NCBI GenBank assembly: GCA_903824755.1
Contig: CAIJXW010000024.1
Coordinates: forward strand, 228-64,227
Reading direction: 5' to 3'
DNA: 64,000 nucleotides
DNA from: an uncultured Bacteroidota bacterium
GTDB taxonomy: Bacteria; Bacteroidota; Bacteroidia; Flavobacteriales; Flavobacteriaceae
Shown here: positions 47,811 through 57,794 of the stretch, piece after piece
How the letters are laid out: every line of letters begins with the position of its first letter
Numbering within the stretch: the stretch's first letter is position 1
Made by a program: the position numbers and the translations under genes
Notes under the pieces: model-generated
The model's database searches: none
Told to the model about the DNA's origin: nothing
The model's input: the letters and a program-made list of their open reading frames with translations, nothing else

Positions 47811-48989
47811 ATGAAACCAGATTTATTTCAAGCCCCAGATTATTACAATTTAGACGATTTATTGAATGACGAACACAAATTAGTTCGAGATGCTGCCCGT
47901 GAATGGGTGAAGCGTGAGGTGTCGCCAATTATTGAAGATTTTGCTCAAAGGGCAGAATTTCCTACACAAATTATCAAAGGATTGGCGGATATTGGTGCTT
48001 TTGGCCCCTATATTCCAGAAGAGTATGGCGGAGCAGGATTGGATCAAATTTCTTATGGTTTGATTATGCAAGAGATAGAAAGAGGAGATTCTGGTGTTCG
48101 TTCTACGGCTTCTGTGCAGTCTTCATTAGTGATGTATCCGATTTGGAAATATGGAAATGAGGAGCAACGACTGAAATATTTGCCAAAATTAGCTTCGGGA
48201 GAATTTATGGGTTGTTTTGGATTGACGGAGCCTAATTATGGTTCGGATCCAGGCAGTATGATTACGAACTATAAAGATATGGGTGACCATTATTTATTGA
48301 ATGGTGCAAAAATGTGGATATCGAATGCTCCGTTTGCTGATGTTGCTGTTGTTTGGGCAAAAAATGAAGAAGGACGAATTCACGGTTTGATTGTAGAGCG
48401 AGGAATGGAGGGTTTTTCTACTCCAGAAACTCATAATAAATGGTCGCTACGTGCTTCATCAACAGGGGAATTAATTTTTGATAATGTGAAAGTTCCGAAG
48501 GAGAATTTATTGCCTAATAAATCAGGTTTGGGAGCTCCTCTTGGTTGTTTGGATTCTGCTAGATATGGAATTGCTTGGGGTGCTATCGGCGCTGCAATGG
48601 ACTGTTATGACACGGCTTTGCGGTATGCAAAAGAGAGAATTCAGTTTGACAAACCTATTGCGGGAACACAATTACAGCAAAAAAAATTGGCCGAAATGAT
48701 TACTGAAATTACCAAAGCACAATTATTGACTTGGCGATTGGGTGTTCTTAGAAATGAAGGTCGTGCGACTACTGCTCAAATTTCTATGGCCAAAAGAAAT
48801 AATGTTGATATGGCAATTAATATTGCTCGTGAAGCGAGACAAATATTGGGTGGAATGGGGATTACTGGTGAATATTCTATTATGCGACACATGATGAATT
48901 TAGAATCTGTGATTACCTATGAAGGGACTCATGACATTCATTTATTGATTACTGGGATGGATATTACTGGGATTCCAGCTTTCAAATAA
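47811..48989 (+). CDS. Acyl-CoA dehydrogenase (glutaryl-CoA dehydrogenase-like)
   Basis: GCFGLTEPNYGSD, NGAKMWISN, LRASSTGEL, ITYEGTHDIH. Confidence 0.9.
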   Translation: MKPDLFQAPDYYNLDDLLNDEHKLVRDAAREWVKREVSPIIEDFAQRAEFPTQIIKGLADIGAFGPYIPEEYGGAGLDQISYGLIMQEIERGDSGVRSTASVQSSLVMYPIWKYGNEEQRLKYLPKLASGEFMGCFGLTEPNYGSDPGSMITNYKDMGDHYLLNGAKMWISNAPFADVAVVWAKNEEGRIHGLIVERGMEGFSTPETHNKWSLRASSTGELIFDNVKVPKENLLPNKSGLGAPLGCLDSARYGIAWGAIGAAMDCYDTALRYAKERIQFDKPIAGTQLQQKKLAEMITEITKAQLLTWRLGVLRNEGRATTAQISMAKRNNVDMAINIAREARQILGGMGITGEYSIMRHMMNLESVITYEGTHDIHLLITGMDITGIPAFK

Positions 48990-49026
48990 TAGTAAACATA
49001 TATTAAAGTATTATTAAAATTGATAG

Positions 49027-49057
49027 AAAAAGCTTCCTGTTTTTAGGAAGCTTTTTT
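49027..49057 (+). terminator. Intrinsic terminator
   Basis: aaaaagcttcct-gttttt-aggaagctttttt. Confidence 0.8.
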
Positions 49058-49081
49058 ATTTTTACAAAAAATAAATTTTTC

Positions 49082-49867
49082 ATGAATATTCAAACGATAA
49101 ACCATCGGATTCAACCTCAAAAAGAGGCCTTATTGCATCATTCTTTATATAAAAATGTAAAAACCGTTTCTGATTTACATCATTTTTTGGAAAACCACGT
49201 CTATGCTGTTTGGGATTTTATGTCTTTATTAAAGGCTTTACAATCAAAGTTAACCTGCACGACAACACCTTGGTTTGCAACTGAAAATGCTGAAATTCGT
49301 TATTTGATAAACGAAATTGTATTGGCCGAAGAAACCGATTTGACATTGGACGGAAAGCACCAAAGTCATTTTGAGATGTATGTTGAAGCCATGACGTCCT
49401 GTGGTGCAAATACTCGTGAAATTAATGCGTTTTTGGAAGATGTCTTTGATACTCAAAATATTTTTGTTTCCATCAAAAAAAGTGATTTGCATGTCAATAT
49501 TAAAGCCTTTTTGGATTTTACGTTTCGATTGATTGATGAAGGAAAATCGCATAAAATCGCTGCCGCTTTCACGTTCGGTAGAGAGGATTTGATTCCGAGT
49601 ATGTTTACCGAAATTTTGAAAGGTTTTCAAGCCAATTTTCCTGAAACAGATTTGAGCAAATTGATTTATTATTTTGAAAGACATATCGAATTAGACGCAG
49701 ACGAACATGGTCCTATGGCGATGAAAATGATTTCGGAATTGTGTGGTGATAGTCCTCAAAAATGGGCAGAAGTGGAAGAAACTTCTATCTTGGCACTAGA
49801 AAAACGAATTGGTTTATGGAACGCTATTCAAGAAAAAATAACTCAAACTGAAACCGAATTGGTCTAG
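49082..49867 (+). CDS. DUF3050 family, heme-oxygenase-like fold protein
   Basis: HVYAVWDFMSLLKALQ, INEIVLAEETD, FTFGREDLIP, ERHIELDADEHGP. Confidence 0.85.
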   Translation: MNIQTINHRIQPQKEALLHHSLYKNVKTVSDLHHFLENHVYAVWDFMSLLKALQSKLTCTTTPWFATENAEIRYLINEIVLAEETDLTLDGKHQSHFEMYVEAMTSCGANTREINAFLEDVFDTQNIFVSIKKSDLHVNIKAFLDFTFRLIDEGKSHKIAAAFTFGREDLIPSMFTEILKGFQANFPETDLSKLIYYFERHIELDADEHGPMAMKMISELCGDSPQKWAEVEETSILALEKRIGLWNAIQEKITQTETELV

Positions 49868-50196
49868 GATTCTGGTGCGAGTTCTAGTTCTAGTCCTTCC
49901 AGATTTTCTGTAATTTGGATTTGGCAACCCAGTCGGCTGTTTGTCTTTACGTTAAACGCTTCCGATAGCATGGCTTGTTCGTCATCACTTATTTCTGGAA
50001 TTTTTATATCGTTCAAAATATAGCATTGGCAGGAGGCACACATTGCCATTCCGCCACAAATTCCAATTGTTCCTTCGGGAGCTAATTCGTACATTCTGAC
50101 AATTTCCATGATATTTAGGTTCATGTCCGTAGGTGCTTGAACTTCGTGAGTATTGCCTTCTCGGTCAGTTATTTTTATGGAAATGTCTTCTGCCAT
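49864..50196 (-). CDS. 2Fe-2S ferredoxin (adrenodoxin type)
   Basis: CGGMAMCASCQC...SRLGCQI. Confidence 0.93.
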   Translation of the reverse strand: MAEDISIKITDREGNTHEVQAPTDMNLNIMEIVRMYELAPEGTIGICGGMAMCASCQCYILNDIKIPEISDDEQAMLSEAFNVKTNSRLGCQIQITENLEGLELELAPES

Positions 50197-50199
50197 AAT

Positions 50200-51252
50200 T
50201 TATTCTATTGCTTTAACAACCTGTTTTTCTGCTTCTTTTCTGGTTCCGTCAAAACCATCAACTCCTGAAACGGTGGTGTATTTCAATACATATTTTTTTC
50301 CGGGATTCATTCGTTGATATACACTTTGGCACATTAATGTTGCTTCGTGGAACCCGCACAAAATGAGTTTTAATTTTCCTGGATATGTGTTTACATCTCC
50401 TATGGCATAGATGCCTGGAATATTTGTTTGATAGTCAAGGGCATTATCGACTTTTATTGCGTTTTTTTCAATATCTAATCCCCAGTCCGCAATTGGGCCT
50501 AATTTTGGTGACAATCCAAAAAGTGGAATTAGGAAATCGGTTTCAATAATTTGTTGGATTCCGTCTTTTTCAATTGTAATTGATTCCAAATGATTTTTTC
50601 CTTGAAGAGAAATAACTTCGGCAGGAGTAATTAGTTTTATTTTTCCTGATGCTTTCAATTCTTGCACTTTTTCTACAGAATCTAAAGCTCCTCGAAATTC
50701 GTTTCTTCGATGAATTAAGGTTACACTTGAGGCAACATCAGCAAGAAATATACTCCAATCTAATGCCGAATCCCCTCCGCCTGCTATCACAATTTTTTTG
50801 TTTCGGAACAATTCGGGGTCTTTAACAAAATACTCAACGCCTTTGTCTTCAAAAAACCCGATGGTTTCGATTGAAGGTTTTCGAGGTTCAAAGCTTCCTA
50901 ATCCGCCAGCAATTGCAACGGCATTTGCATGGTGTTTTGTTCCTTTATTTGTGGTCACAACAAAGGTTCCATCGTTTAATTTATCAATGGTTTCGGCAAC
51001 TTCATTTAGGGTAAAACCAGGTTGAAATTGTTTAATTTGCTCCATTAAATTTGTCACTAAATCGCCTGCTAAAACAGATGGAAAACCAGGAATATCAAAG
51101 ATTGGTTTCTTTGGATATAATTCAGTGAGTTGCCCTCCTGGTTGTGGAAGTCCATCTATGATGTGACATTTCAACTTTAATAAGCCCGCTTCAAAAACTG
51201 TAAAGAGTCCTGTTGGACCGGCACCTATTATGAGTATATCTGTTTCAATCAT
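50200..51252 (-). CDS. Ferredoxin--NADP+ reductase (TrxB-like, YumC type)
   Basis: IIGAGPTGL, GGQLTELYPKKPIFDIPG, GGGDSALDW; no CxxC. Confidence 0.9.
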   Translation of the reverse strand: MIETDILIIGAGPTGLFTVFEAGLLKLKCHIIDGLPQPGGQLTELYPKKPIFDIPGFPSVLAGDLVTNLMEQIKQFQPGFTLNEVAETIDKLNDGTFVVTTNKGTKHHANAVAIAGGLGSFEPRKPSIETIGFFEDKGVEYFVKDPELFRNKKIVIAGGGDSALDWSIFLADVASSVTLIHRRNEFRGALDSVEKVQELKASGKIKLITPAEVISLQGKNHLESITIEKDGIQQIIETDFLIPLFGLSPKLGPIADWGLDIEKNAIKVDNALDYQTNIPGIYAIGDVNTYPGKLKLILCGFHEATLMCQSVYQRMNPGKKYVLKYTTVSGVDGFDGTRKEAEKQVVKAIE

Positions 51253-51269
51253 TTTATTAAATCTTGTTT

Positions 51270-52523
51270 TTAAAATAAATTATAGCCAAAAATTAAAGAG
51301 GCTGATTCATAAGTTGCTTCATAAAAAACATAATTCCAAATGCTTCGTTTAAACCCATATCTGAATTCTAAATTAATTTTATCTTTAAAACTAATTCCAC
51401 ATCCTAAAACAAAATTTCCCGATGGATCTATTTCATTATAATTATTTAATTGATTTCCAAATTTATTACTAATTTTTGAATTTTGCGAGAAACTAAAATT
51501 GTATAATGCATTTACAAACAGTTTTGTGTTCTTATTTAAAAACATATAATGCCTAACTCCAATGGGCAAATTAAAGGATTTATAATCCACATTTGTAGTT
51601 CTGTTATTGGAGAATTTTTCGGATTTAAAATTTTCATAAGTAGGTTCGGCTATCAAAGACCATTTGTTTTTATTGTATGGCATAACAAATTCAAACTCTA
51701 GTCCTAGTCTGATATTCGATTGATTTTCCATATCAACATTCCAAGGATTGTTATAAACATTCGTTAGTTGGTGTATTGAAAAGCTCGAATTTGAAAGTCC
51801 AATTCTTGCATAAATATTGAAATAATCTCTCTTAATATTTTCGCTATATTGCTTTAATTCAACATTAGAATTTTTTTCATATTTAATAAATAAGTTCTTC
51901 AATTCTTCTTCATTATAGCGCAATGCTTCTATTTCTTTTAGCGAGATGTTTTCGCTTTTAAGGCTATTGAATAGCTGTTGTTTGAATGTGTTATTAACAG
52001 AGACTCCAGAATAGGCTAGCTCCCCCGTATTATTTGAGTTACTTGTTTTGTCTTGAGTAGCTTTATCAAACAAGTAGCTTTTAAAAATTAGTTGTTCAAC
52101 ATTTGAATTGTCGATGCTGAAAAAATAACGATATAAGTTTACTTCTTTATACGAAAAAAGCGATGCTTTTCCGTCCACTAATACTCGCAAAAAAAGCGTT
52201 TCTTCTTTAAAAATGGGATTTTTTTCACGACTCAAATTTTGAGCTAATTCGCTTGATCTATCCATCTTTACTGTAAATCTCTTGAAGGTAGAAATATTGT
52301 TTATGCTAAATTCTTTTACTTTCGTAATATCTGTTTTTTGAATTTCGTCCGTTTCTGTAAGTTTAAAATCAAAATTTGTTGGGTTTGAACTCCAATCTAA
52401 ATTTCTAATTAAACATTCCGTTTTTTGACCTTCATTAGAAATAAAATATCCTTTTTCAAAAGAAATTTGAGAATACGAACTAATGCTAATAAATAATACT
52501 AATAATAAAAATTTTGCTTTCAT
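51270..52523 (-). CDS. Outer-membrane beta-barrel protein of unknown function
   Basis: Signal peptide, alternating beta-strand pattern in the C-terminal half, terminal GYNLF. Confidence 0.7.
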   Translation of the reverse strand: MKAKFLLLVLFISISSYSQISFEKGYFISNEGQKTECLIRNLDWSSNPTNFDFKLTETDEIQKTDITKVKEFSINNISTFKRFTVKMDRSSELAQNLSREKNPIFKEETLFLRVLVDGKASLFSYKEVNLYRYFFSIDNSNVEQLIFKSYLFDKATQDKTSNSNNTGELAYSGVSVNNTFKQQLFNSLKSENISLKEIEALRYNEEELKNLFIKYEKNSNVELKQYSENIKRDYFNIYARIGLSNSSFSIHQLTNVYNNPWNVDMENQSNIRLGLEFEFVMPYNKNKWSLIAEPTYENFKSEKFSNNRTTNVDYKSFNLPIGVRHYMFLNKNTKLFVNALYNFSFSQNSKISNKFGNQLNNYNEIDPSGNFVLGCGISFKDKINLEFRYGFKRSIWNYVFYEATYESASLIFGYNLF

Positions 52524-52589
52524 GTGAGTTTTCGGCGTAAGTAAAAAATAGTAATGATGGTTTTAATGCTTTTATTATAAAAACAAAAT

Positions 52590-52829
52590 TTATGAAACGT
52601 TTACAACGGTTTCAATTTGGGGTGCAAACTTCTTTATTGTTGTTTCAACACCTGCTTTGAGCGTCATTTGATTAACGCTACACCCGACACAAGCACCTTC
52701 GAGACGTACTTTTACATGTTTGTTATCTTCGATAGAAATTAGTGTGATGTCACCTCCGTCCGAATTCAAAAAGGGACGAATTTCTTCGAGTGCTTTTTCT
52801 ACATTTAGTGTTAATTCTTCTATGCTCAT
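52590..52829 (-). CDS. NifU/Nfu-domain Fe-S carrier
   Basis: IRPFLNSDGGDI...LEGACVGC. Confidence 0.92.
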   Translation of the reverse strand: MSIEELTLNVEKALEEIRPFLNSDGGDITLISIEDNKHVKVRLEGACVGCSVNQMTLKAGVETTIKKFAPQIETVVNVS

Positions 52830-52864
52830 CCTATTCATATGTTATGATTATTTCAAGTCAATAT

Positions 52865-53992
52865 TTATTTTTTTACTGCCGAGCAACCTGCCATTGTTGT
52901 TATTTTTACGGCTTCAGATGCAGGAAGATTTTTATTTCTATTAACGGTTTCTTGTACTACTTTTTTCGTGATTTCTTCAAAAACCGATTCGATTATAGAC
53001 CCTGTTTGCATTGCTGCTGGTCTTCCATAATCGCCTGCTTCTCGAATAGATTGCACAATTGGAACTTCGCCAAGAAATGAAACTTGCAAATCATCGGCTA
53101 GATTTTTTGCTCCTTCTTGACCGAAAATATAGTATTTATTATTAGGTAATTCTTCGGGGGTAAAGTAGGCCATATTTTCTATAATTCCCAAAACAGGTAC
53201 ATTTATACTCTCGGAAGTAAACATAGAAACACCTTTTTTTGCATCAGCTAGAGCCACCGCTTGAGGAGTGCTAACTACAACAACTCCAGTTATCGGAAGC
53301 GATTGAACGATAGACAAATGAATGTCGCCAGTTCCTGGAGGTAAATCCACCAATAGAAAATCGAGGGCACCCCAATCGGCATCAAATATCATTTGGTTTA
53401 ATGCTTTTGAAGCCATTGGCCCACGCCAAATAACGGCTTGACTTGGTGCGGTAAAAAATCCGATAGATAATATTTTTACTTCATAACTTTCTACGGGTTT
53501 CATTTTTGATTTTCCGTCAATAGTTACTGAAATTGGTTTTTCGTTTTCAACATCAAACATTATTGGCATCGAAGGGCCATAAATATCTGCGTCTAAAATC
53601 CCTACCGAAAATCCCATTTTGGTTAATGAAACGGCAAGATTTGCGGTAACAGTAGATTTTCCAACTCCACCTTTTCCTGAGGCAATTGCAATAATATTGC
53701 TAATTCCAGGTATATTTTTTCCTTTAATTTCTTGTTTTTCTGGCACTTCAATTTTGATATTCACCTTTACTTTTGCTTCAGGCGAAACTAATTCGCGTAT
53801 GGTTCTTTTGATATCGTCTTCTGCTCGCTTTTTTATATGCATTGCAGGAGAATTAAGCACTAAATCAATGACAACCTCATCGCCAAACGTGATTATATTG
53901 CCAACAGCACCGCTTTCTACCATGTTTTTGCCTTCGCCAGCGATTGTGATGGTTTCTAATGCTTTAAGAACTTCTTTTCTGTCTAATTTCAT
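52865..53992 (-). CDS. apbC: Mrp/NBP35 (ApbC) Fe-S cluster carrier ATPase
   Basis: ASGKGGVGKST, DADIYGPS, VIWRGPM, DLPPGTGD. Confidence 0.92.
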   Translation of the reverse strand: MKLDRKEVLKALETITIAGEGKNMVESGAVGNIITFGDEVVIDLVLNSPAMHIKKRAEDDIKRTIRELVSPEAKVKVNIKIEVPEKQEIKGKNIPGISNIIAIASGKGGVGKSTVTANLAVSLTKMGFSVGILDADIYGPSMPIMFDVENEKPISVTIDGKSKMKPVESYEVKILSIGFFTAPSQAVIWRGPMASKALNQMIFDADWGALDFLLVDLPPGTGDIHLSIVQSLPITGVVVVSTPQAVALADAKKGVSMFTSESINVPVLGIIENMAYFTPEELPNNKYYIFGQEGAKNLADDLQVSFLGEVPIVQSIREAGDYGRPAAMQTGSIIESVFEEITKKVVQETVNRNKNLPASEAVKITTMAGCSAVKK

Positions 53993-54105
53993 AATGTATA
54001 ATTGTCTCTATTAGGACTATAATATTATGCAAATATACTATCAAAAGTTGAAAAATGATGTACTAAAACTTAATAATAATATCGCTTTCGGAAGAAGGTA
54101 AATGC

Positions 54106-54438
54106 CTATAAAGTAATTTCAGGTTCCCAAAAATGTTTGTCAAAATCGATTATTTGATTATCGACCACTTTTATGCCTTCGTTTTCTAATAATTGCTGCA
54201 TCAAGTTGGTGCCTTCAAAATGGTGTTTTCCAGTTAGAAGTCCTTTTCTATTGACAACTCTATGGGCAGGAACGTCCTCAAGATTATGTGATGCATTCAT
54301 TGCCCAGCCCACCATTCGTGCAGAACGAGCTGTGCCTAGTGCCTTTGCAATTGCTCCATAGGAAGTTATTTTTCCGTAGGGAATTTGACGTGCAATTGCA
54401 TATACTCTCTCAAAGAAATTTAATTCTATTTCGGCCAT
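54106..54438 (-). CDS. MGMT-family alkyltransferase-like (ATL) protein
   Basis: IPYGKITSYGAIA...ARMVGWAM...VPAHRVV (Ala in place of the catalytic Cys of PCHRV). Confidence 0.88.
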   Translation of the reverse strand: MAEIELNFFERVYAIARQIPYGKITSYGAIAKALGTARSARMVGWAMNASHNLEDVPAHRVVNRKGLLTGKHHFEGTNLMQQLLENEGIKVVDNQIIDFDKHFWEPEITL

Positions 54439-54440
54439 TA

Positions 54441-55067
54441 TTATTTGTAAATTAAATTATAAAGAGTGACCAGCGATACTAATCCTGTAATTGTACCTAT
54501 GATATAATTTCCATAATTTAGAAGAAAAGAATTGTTGTTTTCTTGCTTTTTAAAGAATAAAATATAGCCATAAAAAACCATAAACGAGCCTAATAAAGCC
54601 CCTAAAACAAAGGTGTATATAAATGTATTTGTAAAGAAAAAATATCCGTAGGCTGAAAGCGTTATGCTAATAAAAACATAATATGGAATTGGAAATAAAT
54701 TTAAAGACGATAACATAATCCCCAGAAAAAAACGATTTGTTTTGCTGTGTTTTTGAATGTTATGATTTGTTGTTTTTGGTTTTTTTCCTCTCCAAAAAAA
54801 ATAAAATGTCAATCCCAAAAAAAGAAACAACCCTATTTCTTGAAGTATATTTATAAATGCCGTATTAGAATCCAAAAAATGAGCAAAAAACAACGCTAGA
54901 AAAGTTTGAAATAAAATAATTATAATAGCACCCATTACAAACGAAATAGCTTCGCTTCGGCCATCTTGCATGCTTACTTTTGCGGCAGTCATATTGATTA
55001 ATCCAGGGGGCAAAATCCCGATTGCAGCAATAAAAAACCCTAGAAATAATGGCGAAATAAATTCCAT
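54441..55067 (-). CDS. LysE-type translocator
   Basis: IGILPPGLINM, hydrophobic helices. Confidence 0.75.
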   Translation of the reverse strand: MEFISPLFLGFFIAAIGILPPGLINMTAAKVSMQDGRSEAISFVMGAIIIILFQTFLALFFAHFLDSNTAFINILQEIGLFLFLGLTFYFFWRGKKPKTTNHNIQKHSKTNRFFLGIMLSSLNLFPIPYYVFISITLSAYGYFFFTNTFIYTFVLGALLGSFMVFYGYILFFKKQENNNSFLLNYGNYIIGTITGLVSLVTLYNLIYK

Positions 55068-55069
55068 TT

Positions 55070-55744
55070 CTATTTTATTTTAAACCTAATATACGTAATT
55101 GATTTGTTAATTTCTAAATATTGTTTTTCATAAAACGTTTGGATTTCAGTTACTTCCTGCGGGCTACCTTCGTTTTTATAAATATTATGGTTTGAATATA
55201 AAACCTCGTGACCTTCGCCGTGAAGTAATCCGAGAGTATATCCGTGCATGAACTCGCTATCTGTTTTTAGATTTACAACTCCGTCAATCTTAAGGATTTT
55301 TTTATATAATTTTAGAAATTCCGAATTTGTCATTCGGTGTTTTGTTCGCTTGTATTTTATTTGAGGGTCGGGAAACGTAATCCAAATTTCGTCAACTTCT
55401 TGTTCGTTAAAAATATGGTTGACTAATTCAATTTGTGTTCTGATGAACGCTACATTATTCATTCCAGTATCTACGGCAGTTTTTGCCCCTCGCCAAAATC
55501 TAGCTCCTTTAATATCAATTCCAATGAAGTTTTTGTCTGGATATCGTGCTGCCAAACCAACAGAATATTCTCCTTTTCCGCATCCTAATTCTAGAATTAT
55601 TGGGTTGTCATTTTTGAAAAAATCGGAGTTCCATTTTCCTTTCAAAGCAAAAGAATTGCTTACCACTTCTTCCCTTGTTGGCTGAAATACGTTTTGAAAA
55701 TTCTCGTTTTCTTTAAATCGTTTTAATTTATTTTTGCTTCCCAC
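55070..55744 (-). CDS. trmB: tRNA (guanine-N7)-methyltransferase
   Basis: LELGCGKGEY, WITFPDPQ, LKTD, TFYEK; GTG start. Confidence 0.95.
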   Translation of the reverse strand: MGSKNKLKRFKENENFQNVFQPTREEVVSNSFALKGKWNSDFFKNDNPIILELGCGKGEYSVGLAARYPDKNFIGIDIKGARFWRGAKTAVDTGMNNVAFIRTQIELVNHIFNEQEVDEIWITFPDPQIKYKRTKHRMTNSEFLKLYKKILKIDGVVNLKTDSEFMHGYTLGLLHGEGHEVLYSNHNIYKNEGSPQEVTEIQTFYEKQYLEINKSITYIRFKIK

Positions 55745-55807
55745 GGTATAATTATATTTCGGTAAAATTAAGGAAATATATAAGACTAAAATATTTTATT
55801 TATTAGC

Positions 55808-55857
55808 AAAAAAAACCTGCCACTTTTTGTTGTAAAAAAATAATGGTAGGTTTTTTT
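55808..55857 (-). terminator. Terminator after the phoU remnant
   Basis: aaaaaaacctgcca...tggtaggttttttt. Confidence 0.65.
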
Positions 55858-55880
55858 AATACTAATTGAGTACAAATGTG

Positions 55881-56000
55881 TTATTTTTTCTCTGGGAATT
55901 TATCGTGTTTGATGACTTTGGCATTAATCATAAAATAAACAGATTCGGCAATATTTGTGCAATGATCAGACATTCTTTCTAAATGTTTCAAAGCAATGAT
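55881..56000 (-). pseudogene. phoU: phoU C-terminal remnant
   Basis: Manual translation IIALKHLERMSDHCTNIAESVYFMINAKVIKHDKFPEKK*; matches the PhoU LER..DH..NIAE motif; N-terminal part absent. Confidence 0.85.
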
Positions 56001-56008
56001 ACGATTTT

Positions 56009-57049
56009 TTATACCTTTTCGAGGGTAAATGAAAATTCAGAGCCTTCTCCAAATTTACTTTCAGCATATATCTTTTGGTCATGAACCTCAATAATGTGCT
56101 TCACAATTGAAAGACCTAATCCCGAACCCCCTTCGTTTCTAGAGCCACTTTTGTTCACCCTATAAAAGCGTTCAAATAGTCTTGAAATATGGTGCTGTTC
56201 TATTCCTTCGCCATTATCGGTTATTCTAACTATCACTTTAGATTCTGTTAATTCCTCAATACTGACTTCGGTAGTGCCTTGTAGTTTGCCATATTTTATT
56301 GAGTTTACGATAAGATTTATAAGGACTTGCTCTATCTTTTCCTGGTCGCCCATCACCATTATTGGTTTAGGATATTTTCTGTCAAACATTAAAATAATGT
56401 CCTTTTTTGACGCCTTCATTTCCAAAAGATCAAATGCGTTTTGAACGAGTTTTACAATATTAAATGGGGCTATTTCTAAATTCAAATCCCCAATTTCAAG
56501 TTTTGAAATCATATCCAAATCTTGAACAATATAAATCAATCGTTCAACGCCTTTTTCTGCTCTTTCTAAATATTTTTTTCTAATAGTTTTGTCTTTCATA
56601 CCGCCATCTAGCAAAGTTGAAAGATAGCCTTGAACAGTAAAAAGCGGTGTTTTGAGTTCGTGAGAAATGTTTCCTAAAAATTCTCTTCTGTATTCTTCAC
56701 GAATTTTCAGGCTTTCAATCTCGAGTTTTTTATCGGTAGCAAACTTCTGTACTTCCCGCGTTAGAGCAGCCATATCAGTAGTTATTGGCTGGTTTCTAAA
56801 AGAAGAAGATTCTAATAATGAAACATCGTCATAAATTTTTTTTACTTTTTTATAAATAAAACGTTCTGTTCTATATTGAGAAATAAAAAATGAAAACAGA
56901 AAATTAAAAATGGCAAATATGAAAATAAATGTCCATGAAAAAACAGATAAAAAATAGGAAAGTAATGCAATTATTAGAGCCGAAAAAACACTAATATAAA
57001 TAGCAGAAATTAATGCGAATTGGTACGTTTTTAAAAAATTATTACTCAT
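56009..57049 (-). CDS. Sensor histidine kinase, PhoR-like
   Basis: EFLGNISHELKTPL, NLIVNSIKYG, DNGEGI, RLFERFYRV, GGSGLGLSIVKH. Confidence 0.92.
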   Translation of the reverse strand: MSNNFLKTYQFALISAIYISVFSALIIALLSYFLSVFSWTFIFIFAIFNFLFSFFISQYRTERFIYKKVKKIYDDVSLLESSSFRNQPITTDMAALTREVQKFATDKKLEIESLKIREEYRREFLGNISHELKTPLFTVQGYLSTLLDGGMKDKTIRKKYLERAEKGVERLIYIVQDLDMISKLEIGDLNLEIAPFNIVKLVQNAFDLLEMKASKKDIILMFDRKYPKPIMVMGDQEKIEQVLINLIVNSIKYGKLQGTTEVSIEELTESKVIVRITDNGEGIEQHHISRLFERFYRVNKSGSRNEGGSGLGLSIVKHIIEVHDQKIYAESKFGEGSEFSFTLEKV

Positions 57050-57732
57050 TATACTTCAAACTTATAACCAACGCCTTTAATGGTTTTAAAAAAATCATCG
57101 CCAATTTTTTCTCGCAATTTCCTAATGTGAACATCAATAGTTCGACCACCTACAATTACTTCATTTCCCCAAACCTTATCTAATATTTCATCTCTCTTGA
57201 AGACTTTTCCTGGTCGTGAAGCTAACAAATAAAAAAGTTCAAATTCTTTTCTAGGCAAAATTATCTCTTTTTCGTCTTTTACTATTTTATATTCTTCTCT
57301 ATTGATTATAATCCCGCCAACATTTAAAGTTTCAGAATCTTGTTTTTCTTCTTTTAATCTTCTCAAAAGTGCTTTTACTTTGCTAACTAATAATTTTGGT
57401 TTTATAGGTTTTGCAATATAATCATCGGCACCTGCATCAAATGCTGCAACTTGAGAATAATCTTCATTTCTAGCAGTCAAAAAAGTAATAATAACGCTAT
57501 GCAATTCAGGTATTTTTCTAATGTTTTCGCACGCTTCAATCCCGTCCATTTCGGGCATCATGACATCAATAATAATTAGATGCGGGAGCTCTTTTTTGGC
57601 CATTCTAATGGCCTCTTTCCCATTGTTTGCCTTAAATATTTGATATCCTTCTTGCGACAAATTGTACCCTACAATTTCAAGTATGTCTGGTTCATCGTCA
57701 ACTAACAAAACCTTAATATTCTTTTTTTTCAT
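57049..57732 (-). CDS. OmpR/PhoB-family response regulator
   Basis: LLVDDEPD, DVMMPEMDG, GADDYIAKP, RTIDVHIRKLREK, GVGYKF. Confidence 0.93.
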   Translation of the reverse strand: MKKKNIKVLLVDDEPDILEIVGYNLSQEGYQIFKANNGKEAIRMAKKELPHLIIIDVMMPEMDGIEACENIRKIPELHSVIITFLTARNEDYSQVAAFDAGADDYIAKPIKPKLLVSKVKALLRRLKEEKQDSETLNVGGIIINREEYKIVKDEKEIILPRKEFELFYLLASRPGKVFKRDEILDKVWGNEVIVGGRTIDVHIRKLREKIGDDFFKTIKGVGYKFEV

Positions 57733-57794
57733 AATTGCAAAAGTTGAAAATTTGCGATGTAAATGTAAATATAATATATTAACTTTAAACGACC

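Noticed and set aside
55990-56025. Possible -1 frameshift fusing the kinase to the PhoU tail (GAA AAG GTA TAA)
   Set aside because: No canonical slippery heptamer or stimulatory structure; a deletion scar is simpler
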